From Botryllus schlosseri (taxonomy: Eukaryota), in NCBI GenBank assembly GCA_051294905.1, contig CM119371.1, positions 16,990,001-17,054,000 on the forward strand: a DNA stretch of 64,000 nucleotides, read 5' to 3'. Positions 61,453-64,000 of this stretch are shown here, one piece after another; the first letter of the stretch is position 1, and each line of letters starts with the position of its first letter. Position numbers and translations under genes: made by a program. Under the pieces are notes generated by a model, which was not told the origin of the DNA, did not search any database, and saw only the letters and a list, made by a program, of their open reading frames with translations.

Positions 61453-63450
61453 ATCTATATCGTTACTAATAATAGTGATTGATGGTACATAAAAATTCTT
61501 TTTAGTCAATATTAGTATTTAAAAAATACTTTTGAAAGCAATTGTTTTCATAATAAAGAAGTAGGAGTGGAAGTCGGTGTCAGGGCCATTTCCCAAAACT
61601 CCGTTTCCGACTCCAGTCAGATTTTTTTCCACAACTCCGACTCCAGCCGCTATTGTTTTCACGACTCCGACTCCGACTCCATTAAGCTCAAATTAGCCAA
61701 ACTCCGACTCGGACTCCACAGCCCTGGTTACAGCTTTAGATGTCAGTCATACGAAAAAATGCTCATACGAATACCTATTTAGGTGAAAATGACAATACGA
61801 TTTCGATTGTACTTACGGATTTGTAAGTTACATCGGAAGCTGATCATTTGTTTGAGAAAACAGTATTTTAAACACTTTGCGTAAACCGTTGCTTGATTAA
61901 TGGCTTCCGAATGTACTACCCAGCTATATTTAATTACAGCAAATCCTAAGAAGTATTGCTGAAGTGCAAGTTGAAGTTCAGACAATGTTCTCGTTATTTA
62001 CGGTACGATTTCTAGTTTGAGTCGATTTCAAACGAAGCAAGGAATTTTGTCGAGACATAGCATCCCAGTTATGATGTGGACATTCCCTTTCTGATCGGCA
62101 ATGCCATCTCTGGTTTCATGGACATGGTCACATTTGCCTATTTATCAGCATGCTGAAGAAGTTTGACCGCTATTAAGTCGAATCTGCTTGTCTGCATGCC
62201 TTATCTACAATATCATACAGTATTTTTCTAATATCCCAGACAGACTCGCTGTTCACCTGAGAATCGGTGGCGTCTTATTCATTCTGGTCTGGAATATGCG
62301 TTCCCTCAATTCTAGTTATAACAAAATAGTCAGTCACACACCTTGTATTGTCGACTATATACGCCATGATTTGAATGAGTATAGCTATCAAGATGAATAC
62401 ACTGAATTATTGTTAATCAAATAAAATATTTCTCAATTTGCGCCCGGAAAACATGCAATTAAACACGCAAACCATAGCCTAGCTGAGAAATGGGCAATTT
62501 TCCAGGCGGGCCAAATGTAAAGCAAGAAATTCACGCTCTCTCGATCTCACCCAGCCGACGAGTGTTCGTATTTCACAGCGTTTCTCTAATAATGCCCATT
62601 CAAAGTCTATCTCTTAACACGGCAATCGCCTCGCCAGAAAGAAAGATGACGGGTTTTCTTCTGACTCAAGTTAACATTCTTTTAGTGCTACATATCTTCT
62701 TCAAATGTCAGACTCCATCCCACCCCTCTATTTTCGGGGTCGGCAACCTTTTGCTAGTCACGGGCCAAATTTCGAGTGTACAACTTTTGGCGGGCCGGAA
62801 TTTTTCTTAATACTATATTTTACGCTCACTTCGGCACATTATCCTACATTGCTTCAATCTCAATTATACCAATGATGAAACACAAGTATTTACACTTCAA
62901 CAACGCAGAATAAATGTGACAATTGACGCAGCTTGCTTTTTGACAATTTTTCGACTTCTGGTAACAAGTCAGATGAAGCAAGAATCAGACCATATTCTAA
63001 GTGGGCGTCCGAAATACGTGATCTTGGCTTGCACTTCGTGAATTTCATTGCGCAAAACTAATGCTCACATGCATACGTGCTACCAAAAATCGATGCAATG
63101 TCTTTTGCATCGTTAGACAAGTTGGGATAAATATCGCGCCGCGTCAAGCTCGCCTTTTTCATGACATCAAAATCCTTTTCGGAGAAAAAGAGGACAAATT
63201 CCCACAAATGAGGACATTTAGCCGTCCTCTGAGGACACTCTCAATTTATAATTTTCGATACGTACATTCCAGAACAGTTAACAACTGGTAACGGTAGTCG
63301 CGCATGTGTCTCCGTAAATATGTAGACTATCCTGTATTTAATGTTCACGGAATTCCTCACCGGTTGGGAACCACTGCTCTAAGGTCTATGGCTATGCCAT
63401 TAAATTGCAAATTGCAATAAATGTACAATTTTATCAATGTCGTTACTAAT

Positions 63451-63820
63451 TAGGGCAAGTTTTTGTTGCAGTTAAATCCGTGGAAAGTTGCATTTTGACC
63501 ACATTTTGCTCGGTTGACTAAAAAAAAGGTCAATTTTCCGGCTCAGCTCCCGAAATGCCCGTTAAGGCGTTACTTCGGTGCTGATTTGCGGTATTTCAGT
63601 CGAATTTGGCCGTGTATTTCACCAAAATCGAAAATACTTTCATGAAAAATCGAGAAATTTGCAAAATGTTGCAAAAAGTTGCATGAAAAAAATGGACAAA
63701 AGTTGCAAAAAGTTGCACCATAAGATTCCTTCAGACAGCTTAAAACAGCATTCTCACGAGTATTTGGGAAGCTGCCGGAACCTGTAAAATAAGTGTCAAA
63801 CGTTGCAAAAACTTGCCCTA
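63451..63820. mobile_element. TAGGGCAAGTTTTTG-family MITE
   Basis: 15-bp TIRs TAGGGCAAGTTTTTG / CAAAAACTTGCCCTA; absent from the paralogous site near 59345. Confidence 0.88.
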
Positions 63821-64000
63821 CGAATTACAGCAATTGGTGAAACTTGCCAATCCTATTTAATTTATTATTAGTAATTAATTTCAAGAGAACTTTGAAAGCA
63901 ATTGTTTTGAGATTTTAAGGAAGTTGGACTCGGAGTCTGATCAGGAGCATTTTCACAAACCATGACCCCAACTCCAGCCAGTATTTTTTCTCGACTCCGA

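Larger units (their letters stand above)
58970..64000. repeat. Three same-orientation copies of an element ending in GACTCC arrays / GACTCCACAGCCCTG
   Basis: ~58970-59614, ~60280-61726 and ~63380-64000 align with each other. Confidence 0.8.

Noticed and set aside
1..64000. Most short ORFs in the track, and any prokaryotic defence or operon interpretation
   Set aside because: Many ORFs fall within MITEs or use alternative starts; low coding density and spliceosomal introns indicate eukaryotic DNA.

Overview
AT-rich eukaryotic (animal) genomic DNA with GT-AG introns. The lectin type, the short introns and the MITE landscape suggest a marine invertebrate such as an ascidian, but this is inference only. 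No prokaryotic operon, CRISPR array or rRNA is evident. Contents: (1) A minus-strand, multi-exon NACHT/STAND (NLR-like) locus at ~1.7-19.8 kb. Its NACHT exon is fully open, while its large 3' exons carry stops, frameshifts and MITE insertions. The intron after the NACHT exon is bracketed by a long inverted repeat. (2) A tandem pair of 3-exon secreted coiled-coil + C-type-lectin-like genes: copy A (37655-42469) is intact at 201 aa, copy B (51549-53763) carries a nonsense codon and a frameshift. (3) More than 20 non-autonomous TIR elements, mostly hAT with 8-bp TSDs that I checked by eye, often nested. Elements with both ends visible cover roughly 20 kb. (4) Fossils of two hAT transposase N-termini, a Penelope-like GIY-YIG end, a P2X7-C-terminal-like (Kolobok-type) ORF, SINE-like pieces and a few orphan decayed exons. 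All domain calls come from recognising motifs by eye; no database searches were run.
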